Below are positions 1 through 12,298 of a DNA stretch of 35,775 bases, piece by piece. Each line of letters starts with the position of its first letter. Position 1 is the stretch's first letter. Below the pieces are notes generated by a model. The model was not told the origin of the DNA, did not search any database, and was given only the letters and a program-made list of their open reading frames with translations. This DNA is from Neocallimastix sp. 'constans' (taxonomy: Eukaryota). The translations under genes and the position numbers were made by a program. Location of the stretch: the NCBI GenBank assembly GCA_050613775.1, contig JBODTK010000015.1, positions 1,488,001 through 1,523,775 on the forward strand, in the 5' to 3' direction.

Positions 1-61
1 TTTTATGATAAATATTTAATTATACAAATTATAAAGAATATTTATTTGAGATTGAATTTAC

Positions 62-1661
62 CTTCATCGTATGTATATACTTGATCAGGTGATACACAAA
101 GATTATATTCTTCAACATCAAATGGATATTGAGGAGAAAGTTTATATAAACCAATGCATACTACTACAGGTGTGGAATGATATTTTGCTGCAGTGGCAAT
201 AATACGACTACCAGTACAAGCAATAAGACCGCCATTTGCAGTAACAGTATGACTACCAAGAATAACTTTATTAACTCTTGACATAACAGCAAAAATAGCT
301 GAATCTGGAATTAAAGTAGTTTCGATACCTGCAGATGCTAAAGCTTTAGCCATAACTTGACCTTCATGACTAATTAATTTATAAATTATAATTTAAAAAT
401 TACTTATCCGTTATGTCAATCTTTAAACTTATAAAAATTTTCATCATTAATTTAATAAAGTAAATCTAATTGTATTATTTACGTTGGTGAAGTATCTGCA
501 ACAATAACTTGGAATGTTCTAGTCTTTGCAGCTTGTTTTAAATAATTTTGTACTGTTTCAGAATTATTAAGAGTCATAATGATTTCACTAAATTTCAATT
601 CAATTTTATATATATATATATATATTTTAAAAAAGTCCATGTTAAAAGGAAATATTGATATTTAATATATATGAATATATGCATTATTATTAATTTAAAT
701 ATACTTCGAATGAATATGTTCTAAGGCTTGATTAGCAATATTTTGTTGTTGAGTTTCTAATTCATCAATTAAATCTTTAATACCATCAATAACTAATTGC
801 TTGAAATGTATATATATGTTAAAGAAAATAATTATATAAAAAAAGTGTACACATATATTGAAATTATATGCTTTATAGATAAAAATCATTTAAATTTATA
901 ATAAGGATATCATAAAAAGTATTTGAATAATCAATATCATCAGAGGTTTCGAGTAAATTAAACATTGTTGAAGATGAACTTGGAAATTGTGGAACTTTAT
1001 TTTGTTCTTGTCTCATTATTGTAGTATATTCTTCACGAATAATATGTAAAACTCTTCTAATAATATTACCTACAACTAATTCTGTTTTGAAGAAGTATTA
1101 TTCAAAATAAATAAAGAGAAATTAAAATTTAAAAAATTTATTTCTCCTTTCAATAATTTATAAGAAAACTTAAAATTTATTTACCCATTGGTTGGGCAGA
1201 AACTAATCTTTTTCCGATTTCCTTAACAGTGTCAATTAATTTATCAGCTTGATGACTTTTTGTTGATGCAATTACTTTTCTCATTAAATAAGCTGTTTGA
1301 ATTGCAGCTTGAGCTGAATTAACAATTTGTCTTTATTTATGTAATTATATAATAATAATAATAATAATAATATAATAATATAATATAATAATAATAATAT
1401 AATAATAAAATAAAAATAATAAAATAAAATAATCATTTAAATAATACAATAAAAAAATAATAAAATAAAATGATTATAATAAATTTAAAAATTATACATT
1501 AATATTATTTTTAAAAAAAGTTACAAATATAATATACCATAAATATTAGATATATATTTTATAAAAATTTAGATATATATATATATATATTAATGATTTT
1601 ATATTATTAACCTTCTCTTTAATTGTGAAACTAAAAGATCCACTTGTTTTTCAAGATACAT
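62..1661 (-). CDS. GCD7: Translation initiation factor eIF2B subunit beta (3' end beyond the window). Exons 1661-1612, 1330-1185, 1081-911, 807-705, 587-483, 369-62
   Basis: Spliced translation MYLEKQVDLLVSQLKRRQIVNS...LVSAQPMELVVGNIIRRVLHIIREEY...FKQLVIDGIKDLIDELE...QALEHIHSNEIIMTL...[49 protein letters not shown]...CIGLYKLSPQYP carries the hallmark eIF2B-beta motifs. All junctions keep frame; intron 3 is AT-AC. Confidence 0.95.
808..910 (-). other. U12-type (minor spliceosome) AT-AC intron in eIF2B-beta
   Basis: Minus strand reads TATG|ATATCCTTAT...TTTTCTTTAACATATATATAC|ATTTCAAG. It has a perfect ATATCCTT donor, a TTCTTTAAC branch site about 10 nt before the terminal AC, and splicing gives in-frame Y-D-F-K. 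Confidence 0.92.
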
Positions 1662-1725
1662 TTTGAAATTTTAAAGAAAAAAAATTTTTTATTTTTTATA
1701 AATTCAAATAATAAAGAATGAAGAA

Positions 1726-1774
<49 letters not shown>

Positions 1775-1791
1775 AAAAAAATATGAATATA

Positions 1792-1825
<34 letters not shown>

Positions 1826-2421
1826 TTGATTAAAGTAAAAAAAAAAAATATTAGAAAAAAATAATTTTAATTAGTAAATTATAAGTTTACTAAATAAATT
1901 TATTTATTAATAATAAAAATAATTTTTTTTTATTTTTATGGTTGAAATAAAAATAGACTTCGTTAATATTTTTTTTTAAGAAGAAAAAAAAAAATTTTTT
2001 ATTCTAAAAAATAACAATTTAATTGGCTAATCGTTTATTATAATATATATAATATATAAATATATAAAAAATATATATAATTTTATGAATTATTATATAA
2101 AAATATGTAAAATATAAAATATAGAAAATTTCAATTATCCATATTATTAAATAAAGTTTTAAATAATATTTACTTAATTACATTCATTCAATACAAATTT
2201 AAAATATAAAAAAATATAAAATTTTTTTATAAAGAAAATTAAAAATTGAAGTATTTTAATTTTTAATAATATTATTTCAATAGAAATTATTTTATATTTT
2301 TTAACTATGTTGAAATTTTTAAAAAGCAATTCGATTCGAACTTCAATTTAATTAATTTAAATGTTTTAGAAATTAATATTTTTTGTATTGTTCAATAATA
2401 TTTTATTGTCTTAATAATAAA

Positions 2422-5400
2422 ATGGATATAAAAGAAAGTTTATATTCATTACCAGAGTATTTTATTTCTAAATATTTTTTAATAGCTGGTACAATGGTAT
2501 TACATTTATTTTATATATATAAGAATTAAAAATAATGGATGATAATTTCAAAAATATATTTAAAAAATAAAGAATGAAAAAAAAGAAAAAGAGATAAAAA
2601 AATAAATTTATTGAAAAAATAAAAATATGTTTTTATTTATTATTATTTTTATAATAATTATTATTATTTGTAGTAAATATATAAAAAATTTAGTATAATA
2701 ACATATTTCATAATTTGTTTAATATCTATATTAATTTATTTTAAATTAATCCTTAATATCTATAACTAAAAGACAATATTATGGTTATATTTAAGAAATA
2801 TTCTTCCATTAAAAAGACCACAAAAATTATCTATATTTAATAATTTTTTGATACATTGTCCAATATTAATAATTTTAGCTATTATTTCACAAAGTTTATA
2901 TTTAAATCTTTCAAAAGAAAAAGAACCTTTTTTTATGGAATTTATAAGGATTTTAAATTTCAAAAAATATACAAATAAAATACCAACACCGTTATTAGAA
3001 ATAGTATATTATAATAAATTTTTAACACCAAACACAAATCCTGATAATCTCTTTCAAATATATTTTATGTTATCATGTACAAATGCTATTAAAAATCTAT
3101 TTATTACTTGGTATCAGCAAGGAAATGCAAAAGCCGCAACTTTTGAAGTATAAAAAAGAAAACGATAAAAATATAGATATATTCTTTTTTTTAAAATTTA
3201 TTATAAAATAATAATAAAAATACCAACTAAATGTTAATTATATTTTATTTAATTATTTAATAATTATATATAAATATTAAACTTCTTAAAAAAAGATTGA
3301 TTATGAAACTTCATTGTTATTATTTTATAATCGTTCAACAACAACAATGGTAATCTTCTTTTTCAGAGCATTCTTCACCACAATAATACTGATTATTAGA
3401 ATATTTAATCTTGAAAAGTACTTGACGCTTATATTATCCATTTTATATCGTTCAACGGATTATTTTTATTTCATTTATTATCTTTGGTCTAATGAAAAGG
3501 GATATCCAAAAATCTTAGTAAGTTTTTATAGAAATAAAAATTATTGCCATAATAATTAATAATTAATAATTAATAATTGATGATATTAATTAAATTTTAA
3601 ATTAATTTTAAATTATGATTTTTTAATTTTATTTATTTATTTATTTATTTATTTATTATATTTATTTATTACATTTATTTATTATATTTATTTATTTATT
3701 ATATTTATTTATTTATTATATTTATTTATTTATTTATTTATAGTATTTTTGGCGTGTTATGGAATTTGTACTTATGTTTTCAGTTTTTGTATATTTCTTA
3801 TTTCAGTTTTTAAAATATTTTGTTGATGAAAATATAAAAGGCTTTAACCACACAATAAAATTAAGATTAAAAGAATTTTCATTACAAGATGATTGTCATT
3901 CAATATTATTTAGACTTGCTGAACAAACACTACGTATTGAAAGAACTAATGGATATAATTATCATTCTAATGCAATATTGCTTCCAACGTCTTACTATTG
4001 TTACAACTTATATAAATATAAAAATCAATTAAATATTAATAAAAATTTAAAAAATACAAGTTCCGAACTAATTAAAAAAGAATTTTTAAATATAAATAAT
4101 GAGAATTGTTTTAAGCTCATAAATGATAATAATAATAATAATAATAATAATATTGATGTTAATATTAAAAAAAAAATAGAAAAGTCAAAATTTAAATATC
4201 AAAACTGGACAAATCCAAATTACAATATATATAGAAATATTTATAATTCAAATATTAACAACTTCCAATCCGAAGAGTTTGATATTAAAGAATTAAATAA
4301 TTCAGATTATAAAATAGTATTAAATAATAAAAGAAACTTACAAAATCAAATTTTTGATTTCTTTAATTCTCAATATATTTCATTATTTTTAAGAAGTCAA
4401 ATATTTTTAAACAATAATTATTCAATAAGATATAATATCTTTAATAATTATAATAATAATGAAAATAGTAAAGAAAAAAATTTTAAAATTCAAAAGAAAA
4501 ATTGGAAATCTGATGATTATAATAATAAGAATAATAATGATTATGATATTGACAAGAATATAAAAGAGGTAAATCAATCAAAAGATTCTATTAAATCAAT
4601 GAGTTCATCATCCACAAATTCATTTAAAAGAAATTTAAATAAAAAAAAGCACAATAAGAATAGTGAAAATAAAAATTCAAAAATTAATGATTATAAAAAG
4701 TTTTTATATACAACTTTTGATGAAAGTGAAGATGATGATTCTCTAAAAGACCCAACATATATTTATTCAGAAACGCCCAGTGATATTGAAGAGAATGATC
4801 TTGATTCTGATATAACAATAAATAAACCAAAAGATACTATTTATCATGAACTTTATGATATTATGAAAGATGTGGATGTTATTGATGGATTGAAGAATCA
4901 AAACATAATTGTTGACAATGGAAAGAATCAAAATTCCTTTATAGAATCCTATATATCATTTGATAAAGAAAATCAAGGAATAATTACACGCTCAAGGTAT
5001 CAAAAATTATTAAATTCTAACGAATTTTTAAATACTAATGAAAGTATCTCTTCACAAAGAACAAATGACACTAATGATACATTAGTATCATTTTCAAAAT
5101 ATGAAAATAATGATGATTCTTTAAAATACCCTAGTACATCCTCGGAAAAAAGAATAAAAGAAAAATGGAAAAATAATTTAAAAAAAAATAATATTTTCAA
5201 ACAACAAATATATGATTTATCATTCGAAGAAAGTAGTATAAGTAGTTCTTCTAGTTCTAATAATAACAGTAATAAGAGCAATTATAATAAGGGAAAATCG
5301 AAAAAATATAACACAAAGAAAAATATTAATGATCCATATGAATTCTATCGTAGAACCTGTGTCATTTGTTTTGATGCACAAAGGGAAATTGTATTATGGC

Positions 5401-5513
5401 CATGTGGATGTCTTAGTGTTTGTGATGATTGTAGAGAAATGATGACCTTTAGAAATTATAAACGATGCCCTTGTTGTCAACAAGAAGTTACATCTTATTC
5501 AAAAATAAATTTT

Positions 5514-5519
<6 letters not shown>
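2422..5519 (+). CDS. Asi1/Asi3-like multi-pass membrane RING-finger E3 ubiquitin ligase. Exons 2422-2496, 2773-3147, 3296-3517, 3744-5519
   Basis: GT-AG phase-0 junctions join the ORF-track fragments in frame. Hydrophobic N-terminal segments, a long N/K/S-rich linker and a C-terminal RING (CVICFDAQREIVLWPCGCLSVCDDCREMM...CPCCQQEV). The WPCxCLxxCDDCR...CxCC form is recognised from fungal Asi1/Asi3 ligases. Confidence 0.78.
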
Positions 5520-5548
<29 letters not shown>

Positions 5549-6309
5549 AAGGAATATTATAACTATTACTATTATATATATATATATTTTTTTTGCTCGA
5601 ATAATTTATTAATTCTTTTTTTTTTTTATTTTTTTTTTTTTTTTTTCCCTTTTTTTCTTTTTTCTTTTATATATATATTATTATTATTTATTACTATTAT
5701 AATATGATTATATATTTTATATGTAAATTTGTATTTAAATTATTTAACTTCATATTATACGTAGAGCAATTCTATATATATACGCAATTATAATCATAAT
5801 GCATAATATCTATTAAATATAATATTAAAGATACATCTATTATGAAAATTTATATTGTATTTATTTAATATATATTTAAAACAAAAATAAAATAAAATAA
5901 ATTTTTTTTTTTTACAATATATAATAATAAAATAAATGGGATCATTTTATTACAAACATATATTTAATTTTGAAGTTATACTTTAAATTTGATTTTCCAA
6001 GTTATTATTAATCCAAAATATTTTTTATTAAATATTTAATTATTAATTTAATTTTTTATATATATTTGCAAGAAATAATTTAATCTTTTTTTTTAAAATA
6101 AAATTATTACTGCAAAAGAACATTTTAATTGTTTTTATTAAATAATGTGTTGCAGTATTATTATTAATAAAATAAAATATAATTATAATTAATAAATTAT
6201 TCGATAAAATTGTCAGTTTAAATTTTTAAATGTATATACAATATATTTAATTATCATAATTTTGATTTTTATTCTTCTTTATTATCATTATTTATTAATT
6301 ATTAATATT

Positions 6310-6944
6310 TCATTCAGCATCTTGTGGTCCTCTATTATTGTTTTAAAATTTGATTATAATAAAAAAGATAAATAAAATGATTAAAAAATTATGATTATAT
6401 CCCGTAAATAAAATAAATTGTTTAAATTTTTATTAAATGATATTTCTTTTTTTTTTAAAAAAAAAAAAAAAAAATACATACACTCCTCCTGGAATTAGCT
6501 ATTATAATCAATATATTTTTAATATAATTATTATTGTCAATTAATTTGATTATTAATTAATTTTATTAAAAAAAAAAATTGTTTTTCAGTTTAAATTATA
6601 TCATATATATAATAGAAAGATTTAAATTTCTTAATTTTATATTTTATTTTTATATATTTTTTTTAATATATATTATATATTTTATAAATTATTATTAATA
6701 TAATTTCATGTACTCTCATACCATACAAATGTTATTTCCATTTAATAAAATTTGTTCTTGTTGTGTTATTTTTCTTCCTTGTGGAGTATCTTCACTATTA
6801 ATTATTTATTAAATTAATATTAAAACAATATTTTATACAAAGTAATAAAAAAAAAAAAAAAAAAAAAAAAAAACATAAATACTTACTATTCAGTAACGTC
6901 TTCCAATACCATATCTTTAAAATTTTAATAATATAAAATTAAGG

Positions 6945-6985
<41 letters not shown>

Positions 6986-7050
6986 TTATAAAATTTAAAT
7001 TATATTTGTTATAAAATTATAATAATAATAACAATGATAATAATAATAAC

Positions 7051-7081
<31 letters not shown>

Positions 7082-7486
7082 GAATTATAAAAATTATCAT
7101 CATTCTATTATCTATTGTAAAAGGATACTGACATAGTCATCAAAACCAGAAAGAGTACCAACAAATTCTCTTTCACCTTTCATAATAACCCAAATACGAG
7201 AACCTATACATTTATCAATAAGTTCTTTAATTTCAAAAAGAAAAATGAAAAAAAAAAAAAAAAAAAAAAAAAATAAAAAATAAAAACAAATGACATATTT
7301 AATTAATAATATATTTAATTAATATCTTTATGTCTTTATAAAAATTAAATAAATGGAAATATAATAAAAAAAATCTAGTAATGATGTAAAGTTCATTATT
7401 GAATTTTCATTTTTTTTAAAAACCAATAAACATTATCAATAATATTAAATTTTATTCTTACCTAAAGGAAGAAGTTGAGAAGTCAT
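6310..7486 (-). CDS. LSM5: U6 snRNA-associated Sm-like protein LSm5. Exons 7486-7462, 7224-7129, 6914-6887, 6794-6722, 6498-6482, 6331-6310
   Basis: Spliced product [86 protein letters not shown] is clearly LSm5. It is missing from the ORF track because the exons are tiny. Confidence 0.96.
6915..7128 (-). other. U12-type GT-AG intron in LSM5
   Basis: Donor GTATCCTTTT (7128-7119), branch site TCCTTAAT (6945-6938), acceptor AAG. It splits the Asn codon of FDDYVN|M. Confidence 0.9.
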
Positions 7487-8036
7487 TTTTATTATTTATA
7501 TTATAATGCAATTTATACAATACTACTAGATAGATAAAAAAAATAAAAGAAAAATAAAAAGAAAGAAAAAAAAAGAATAAAAACTAATTAATTAAATACT
7601 ATAAAAAATTTTTTAATATATTATATATAATATATAATTATTGATTGGATTTTAATATAAAAAATTATATTTAGAAAAAAATGTATTTCAAATTTTTTGA
7701 ACAAAATTTATTAACAAAAAAGTATAGAAAAAAAGGTAAAAAAAAAAAAAAAAAAGTATAAATGAAAAAATAAATACTTTAAATATTTTATATTTTAAAT
7801 TTCTATATAAATTATAACTATTTATATTCTAAAAATATATTGTTCAATTTTTTTTTAAAAAAAATTATTAGCTTTATCTAATTATCCTTATTTATTATAA
7901 TAGGTACTTAATAATATAGTTTTTATTATAATCAATTTTTATACAGACATATAAAACTAAAATAAAAATAAAAATAAAATAAAATAAAAAGGTTTTTCGG
8001 CAATTACATCAGTTTAATTATAATAAATATAAAAAG

Positions 8037-8653
8037 ATGGTAATTTCTCACATAAAAAATTTTATATAAAAAAGAAAAAATTGTATAATTTAAATTAGTT
8101 AATAATTAATAAGAAAAGAAAAAAATAAATATTAATGATAATTCTAAATATATATAAAAAATTTTAATTAATTATTATATACATACATATTAAAAAATGA
8201 ATAAACCAAAATTTTAGTCTGCTTTATTTAATTTTCAAAGTTTATTACTTGTTATTATTTTCATGATCTGCACTTGTACATATGTACGTGCACAGTTTCC
8301 AAGTGTTTTAGATAAGAATAAGACTGGGTAAAATATTATCATAACTTTTAAAGTATGAAAAAAATAAATAAAAATAATAATTTAATTCTTACTTATTATT
8401 ATTATTATTATTTTTTCATTAAATAAAATTTAATATTAAAATTTTCTCAATAACAAAGTTTTCTGGGGATATTTTGGAAATTCGCAAGAATTGGTAAAAT
8501 AAATTAATTACTAAAATGTCATTCCAAATTAAATAAATAAAATAAAACAATGTATAAATTAATGAAAATTTTATAAATTTTTTAGGTGAAAGATTAAGTC
8601 CATATGTATCATTATGTTGTATTATAATGGCCGTTAGTCTTTTATTCCAATAA
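8037..8653 (+). CDS. KSH1: Kish / TMEM167 family Golgi membrane protein, 71 aa. Exons 8037-8039, 8218-8327, 8459-8493, 8586-8653
   Basis: Spliced product [71 protein letters not shown] matches the Kish family motifs (ICTCxY, [17 protein letters not shown]). The first coding exon is the ATG alone. Confidence 0.93.
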
Positions 8654-8816
8654 ACAAAAAAAAAAAAAAAAAAAAAAAGATAAAATAAATAAATAAAATA
8701 ATAAATAAAAAATATATATATATATTTAAAGAAAGCATAAACTTTTTTTGTTATCAATATACAATCAATATTAACTTATAAGAAATAGCATTAATAAGTC
8801 TCTATATATATACAAA

Positions 8817-8855
<39 letters not shown>

Positions 8856-9162
8856 AATATAAAATTTAATAATTAATAAGAATCGAAAATTAAAAATAAA
8901 AATAAAAATAAAATACAATAATAGAAGAAAAAAAAAAAAAATAAAATAAAAATATGAGCATAAATTTTAAAATTTCATTATAATTTAAATATTAACATAA
9001 TGGAATTGTAATTAATATGTAATATTGTTATTGTTATTGTTGATATTAATATTGTTGCTTATTTTCAAAAGTTATCAATAATATGAAATTTTATTTAAAT
9101 GAAAATGAAATGTTTAAAAAAATATTATTATATATATCAAAGGTCTGTTCAATGGACAATGT

Positions 9163-9209
<47 letters not shown>

Positions 9210-9755
9210 TTACTGTTAGTTTAACTTTTTTAATAATATTATTTATAGTTATAGATTTATATATAAATGATATTATTAATTTATTACCTTAAAACCAAAA
9301 GGTTTGAATAATTAAATTTCTTAATAGGAATTTTAATTCTTATTTAAAAATTTTTATTGATAGAAATCAGCAATCTAATGTAATGGTTCGAACTTAATTC
9401 CATGAAGTGCATGAATTTCGATACTCTTTAATTCTTTATTGTATAACAAGTATTATAAGTTTATATTTATTTATAACGAAAATTTTATAAATATTCTTAC
9501 AACTATAACGAATATAATGATCTTTAATATTATATATCTATTAGTCTTTTAATACATTCCAAGTTTTTTTTTTAAAAAAAAAGAAATTATATATGTCGTA
9601 GACTATTTAAATATTTATGATAAAAATAGTATTAAAACATTATCCCTACACATTATTACTAACTTTTAATATAAATCAATAGCTTTAAATACACATTTTT
9701 CATCTCTATTATTTTAACACTTAACATTAATTATTATTATTTGAACCAATACTAC

Positions 9756-9844
<89 letters not shown>
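9756..9844. repeat. (TAT)n microsatellite
   Basis: Uninterrupted trinucleotide run downstream of cel48. Confidence 0.9.
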
Positions 9845-9847
<3 letters not shown>

Positions 9848-10036
9848 TTTTATTTATTAATAATTATTAGTATTATTTTAAGCAATTTTATAAAATATAT
9901 ATATAGATCTTTATATTAATACATGATTTTATCATTTAATAATAATTAAAATTTTCATGATTTTTATTTTTTGTTTTTTTGTTTTTTTACGTTATCAATT
10001 ATTCAAATAGGAAATTAGGAATAAATTTTAAGTAGT

Positions 10037-12298
10037 TTAACAGTTGGTTGGCATTCCACACCAGTCACCGTTTTCAACACCCCATTCACCATCACCATCG
10101 GTGTAGTAAACGGTACCACAGGAAGAGCAGCACTTGTAACCTTGAGCGGTAATAGCAGATGGACAAGTTTCGGTTGGAGCACCACCACAACCACACCATT
10201 CGTTGTTTTCAACACCCCAATCACCATCATTATCAGTATAAACAACTTCACAGTTAGCGGAACAGCACTTGTAACCTTGAGCAATGATAGAAGCAGAACA
10301 TTTTCCTGGCTTTGGAGTATTAGTGGAACCACCATTACTTAAACCATAGATAGAGATAAGACCGTTAGCAACGGCAATTTCAGTTTGAGCCCAGAATCTG
10401 TGATAAGTGAATCTTGGAGCTTCACCACCGTTAAGGAAGTTTTCAACTTGAGCCCAGTCTGGATCTTCCTTGTATTTTGGACGGATATCAATGAACTTAA
10501 CTCCACTCCTGATGTTAGCACCTTGAGCATTCTTACCAGTCCATCCACTTGGAATGTAAACTTCTTCATTGAATTTAATGTAATCTTCACGGGCTTCTTC
10601 AACACCATAACCATATTTATCCTTGTATTGTTCAATGGCATCCATAACTTGAACGGAAAGATCAATACCTTCTTGATCATTATCCTTCATGGAAACCCAC
10701 ATTAAACCTTTGATGATAGAAGCAAGAGAACCAAGATCAACACCTTCAGAGGAAACTGTACCATGAAGAGAAGCGTTAAGACCAGACTTGTTGAAGTTAG
10801 AAGGCTTCCATTCATCTGGGTTACCAGACCATTCGAAGTTAGTAGCGTGAACAATTTCACTACCATTAACACGAACATTGTTCTTAACCCATTTAGCCCA
10901 TTCTTGACAAACCTTACCGGCCTTTTCGTTACCAGAAATGAAGTAAAGGGAACAGACACGTTCCATACCCCAACCTTGCATACCAGTCCAGTTGTTGGAT
11001 GGTGGATCATGGTAAACTGGTTGCCAATCATAGTACATACCGTAAAAGGAGGTAATGTCACTTGGTGGTTGAGCGTAGTGACCTTGCCATGAGTTAGTAG
11101 CACCACCAGCAATACAACCTTCAGCAGCTTGTAACCATCTGAATAATTCTAATTGACGATCTAAGGAAGTTGACCAATCCTTGACAGCAGAAGAACCCTT
11201 TGGCTTGAAAGCAGCTTGAGTAGAAAGAACCCAAGCAGCTAATGGGTTTTGGTAACCAGTGTGAGTGTGGGATGAACCAATTCTCCAAGACCAGTCACCT
11301 TGTAAACCACCACCCCAAGAGAAGTACCAGGAAATAAGGTAGTGAGCAGAGTTCTTACCACGACCACCTTGACATTGTTGGTATCCTATACAGTTACCAA
11401 TCTTCTTAAAGTATTTATCGTAGTGAGAGTAACGTAAGTAATCACCAAGCTTAGCAGCCTTAGAAGCAAGGGAGGAAAGATTTTGACCATCTTCTTCAGC
11501 CCAAATATAAGCGAAATAAGCAGCTTGAATAGCACGAGCATCAGCATCTGGAGCAGCAGTGTATCTCCATTGCTTAGAATAATTGTTATCACCAGTGAAA
11601 AGATCTAAGAAACCGTTACGTCCACCCCATTTCATTTCTTCCCAACATGGGTGTGGAACAGTTTTCCAAGCGGATTCAGAGGCACCACGTTGGAAAGTGT
11701 TAATAAAGGATGGCTTAGAAGTACCATCACCATTTTGACCGTAACCATACCAGTTATCACCATCAATAATCCAGTGCATAGCATAGATATCCCAGGTACC
11801 ATAAGCTTGTTGGAGTTCCTTAGCAATTGGATCTTCACCAACAATACCGTCTTGGAAGACAAGTTGAGCTGGGTAGTTAGTAATATCATCGTCTTCTGGA
11901 GCATAAGTAGCTGGAGAAGAAGTGTTGTACTTACTCATACCTGGTTGGTTCTTACTGTTTGGAATAAGATGCTTTTCTAAGTAACTCCAAGCAGTTTCAA
12001 CACCCTTGTAATTACCGGTCATCTTACCATTAATAGCTTCTAACCAAACCCAGAAGGAATAAGTTTCAGAAACAGATTCATGACCGTAATCTGGAGCTTC
12101 AACCATCATAGTTTCGATTGAGTGGTATGGAACATTTTCTGGTGAGAAGTAATCAGAATTGTAACTTCCATTACCAGTAACAGCATTGTATGTATCAGTA
12201 ACTCTTTTAGCGTATTCGTCAGAAGCACGCTTTTTCATTGGAGCAGCCATGACGGCAGCAGCACTAAGAAGGGTAAGAGCAGATCTAATAGATGGCAT
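10037..12298 (-). CDS. cel48A: Cellulosomal glycoside hydrolase family 48 cellulase, 753 aa, with signal peptide and two C-terminal fungal dockerin (CBM10-type) domains; intronless
   Basis: Start taken at [20 protein letters not shown] (ATG 12298), followed by a KKR processing site. GH48 motifs: [60 protein letters not shown]. Two Cys-rich repeats ending in WGVEN(N/G)xWCG. Strong codon bias. Confidence 0.98.
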   Translation of the reverse strand: MPSIRSALTLLSAAAVMAAPMKKRASDEYAKRVTDTYNAVTGNGSYNSDYFSPENVPYHSIETMMVEAPDYGHESVSETYSFWVWLEAINGKMTGNYKGVETAWSYLEKHLIPNSKNQPGMSKYNTSSPATYAPEDDDITNYPAQLVFQDGIVGEDPIAKELQQAYGTWDIYAMHWIIDGDNWYGYGQNGDGTSKPSFINTFQRGASESAWKTVPHPCWEEMKWGGRNGFLDLFTGDNNYSKQWRYTAAPDADARAIQAAYFAYIWAEEDGQNLSSLASKAAKLGDYLRYSHYDKYFKKIGNCIGYQQCQGGRGKNSAHYLISWYFSWGGGLQGDWSWRIGSSHTHTGYQNPLAAWVLSTQAAFKPKGSSAVKDWSTSLDRQLELFRWLQAAEGCIAGGATNSWQGHYAQPPSDITSFYGMYYDWQPVYHDPPSNNWTGMQGWGMERVCSLYFISGNEKAGKVCQEWAKWVKNNVRVNGSEIVHATNFEWSGNPDEWKPSNFNKSGLNASLHGTVSSEGVDLGSLASIIKGLMWVSMKDNDQEGIDLSVQVMDAIEQYKDKYGYGVEEAREDYIKFNEEVYIPSGWTGKNAQGANIRSGVKFIDIRPKYKEDPDWAQVENFLNGGEAPRFTYHRFWAQTEIAVANGLISIYGLSNGGSTNTPKPGKCSASIIAQGYKCCSANCEVVYTDNDGDWGVENNEWCGCGGAPTETCPSAITAQGYKCCSSCGTVYYTDGDGEWGVENGDWCGMPTNC

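Noticed and set aside
588..704. eIF2B-beta intron 4 (GTATATTT donor, internal TTCCTTTTAAC), considered as a third U12 intron
   Set aside because: The donor lacks CC at +5/+6 and the motif is ~50 nt from the acceptor; treated as U2-type.
5465..5707. Short hydrophobic ORFs in the track (also 8419-8757, 9083-9292, 35324-35524)
   Set aside because: Low-complexity F/I/Y/K translations of AT-rich UTR, intergenic or antisense sequence.
8268..8295. Palindrome TGCAC-TT-GTACATATGTAC-GTGCA
   Set aside because: It lies inside Kish exon 2 and encodes the conserved CTCTYVRA motif, which explains it.
9365..9425. GGTTCGAAC (B-box-like) plus a short CATG hairpin, considered as a tRNA or Pol III relic
   Set aside because: No cloverleaf, no properly spaced A-box and no acceptor stem.
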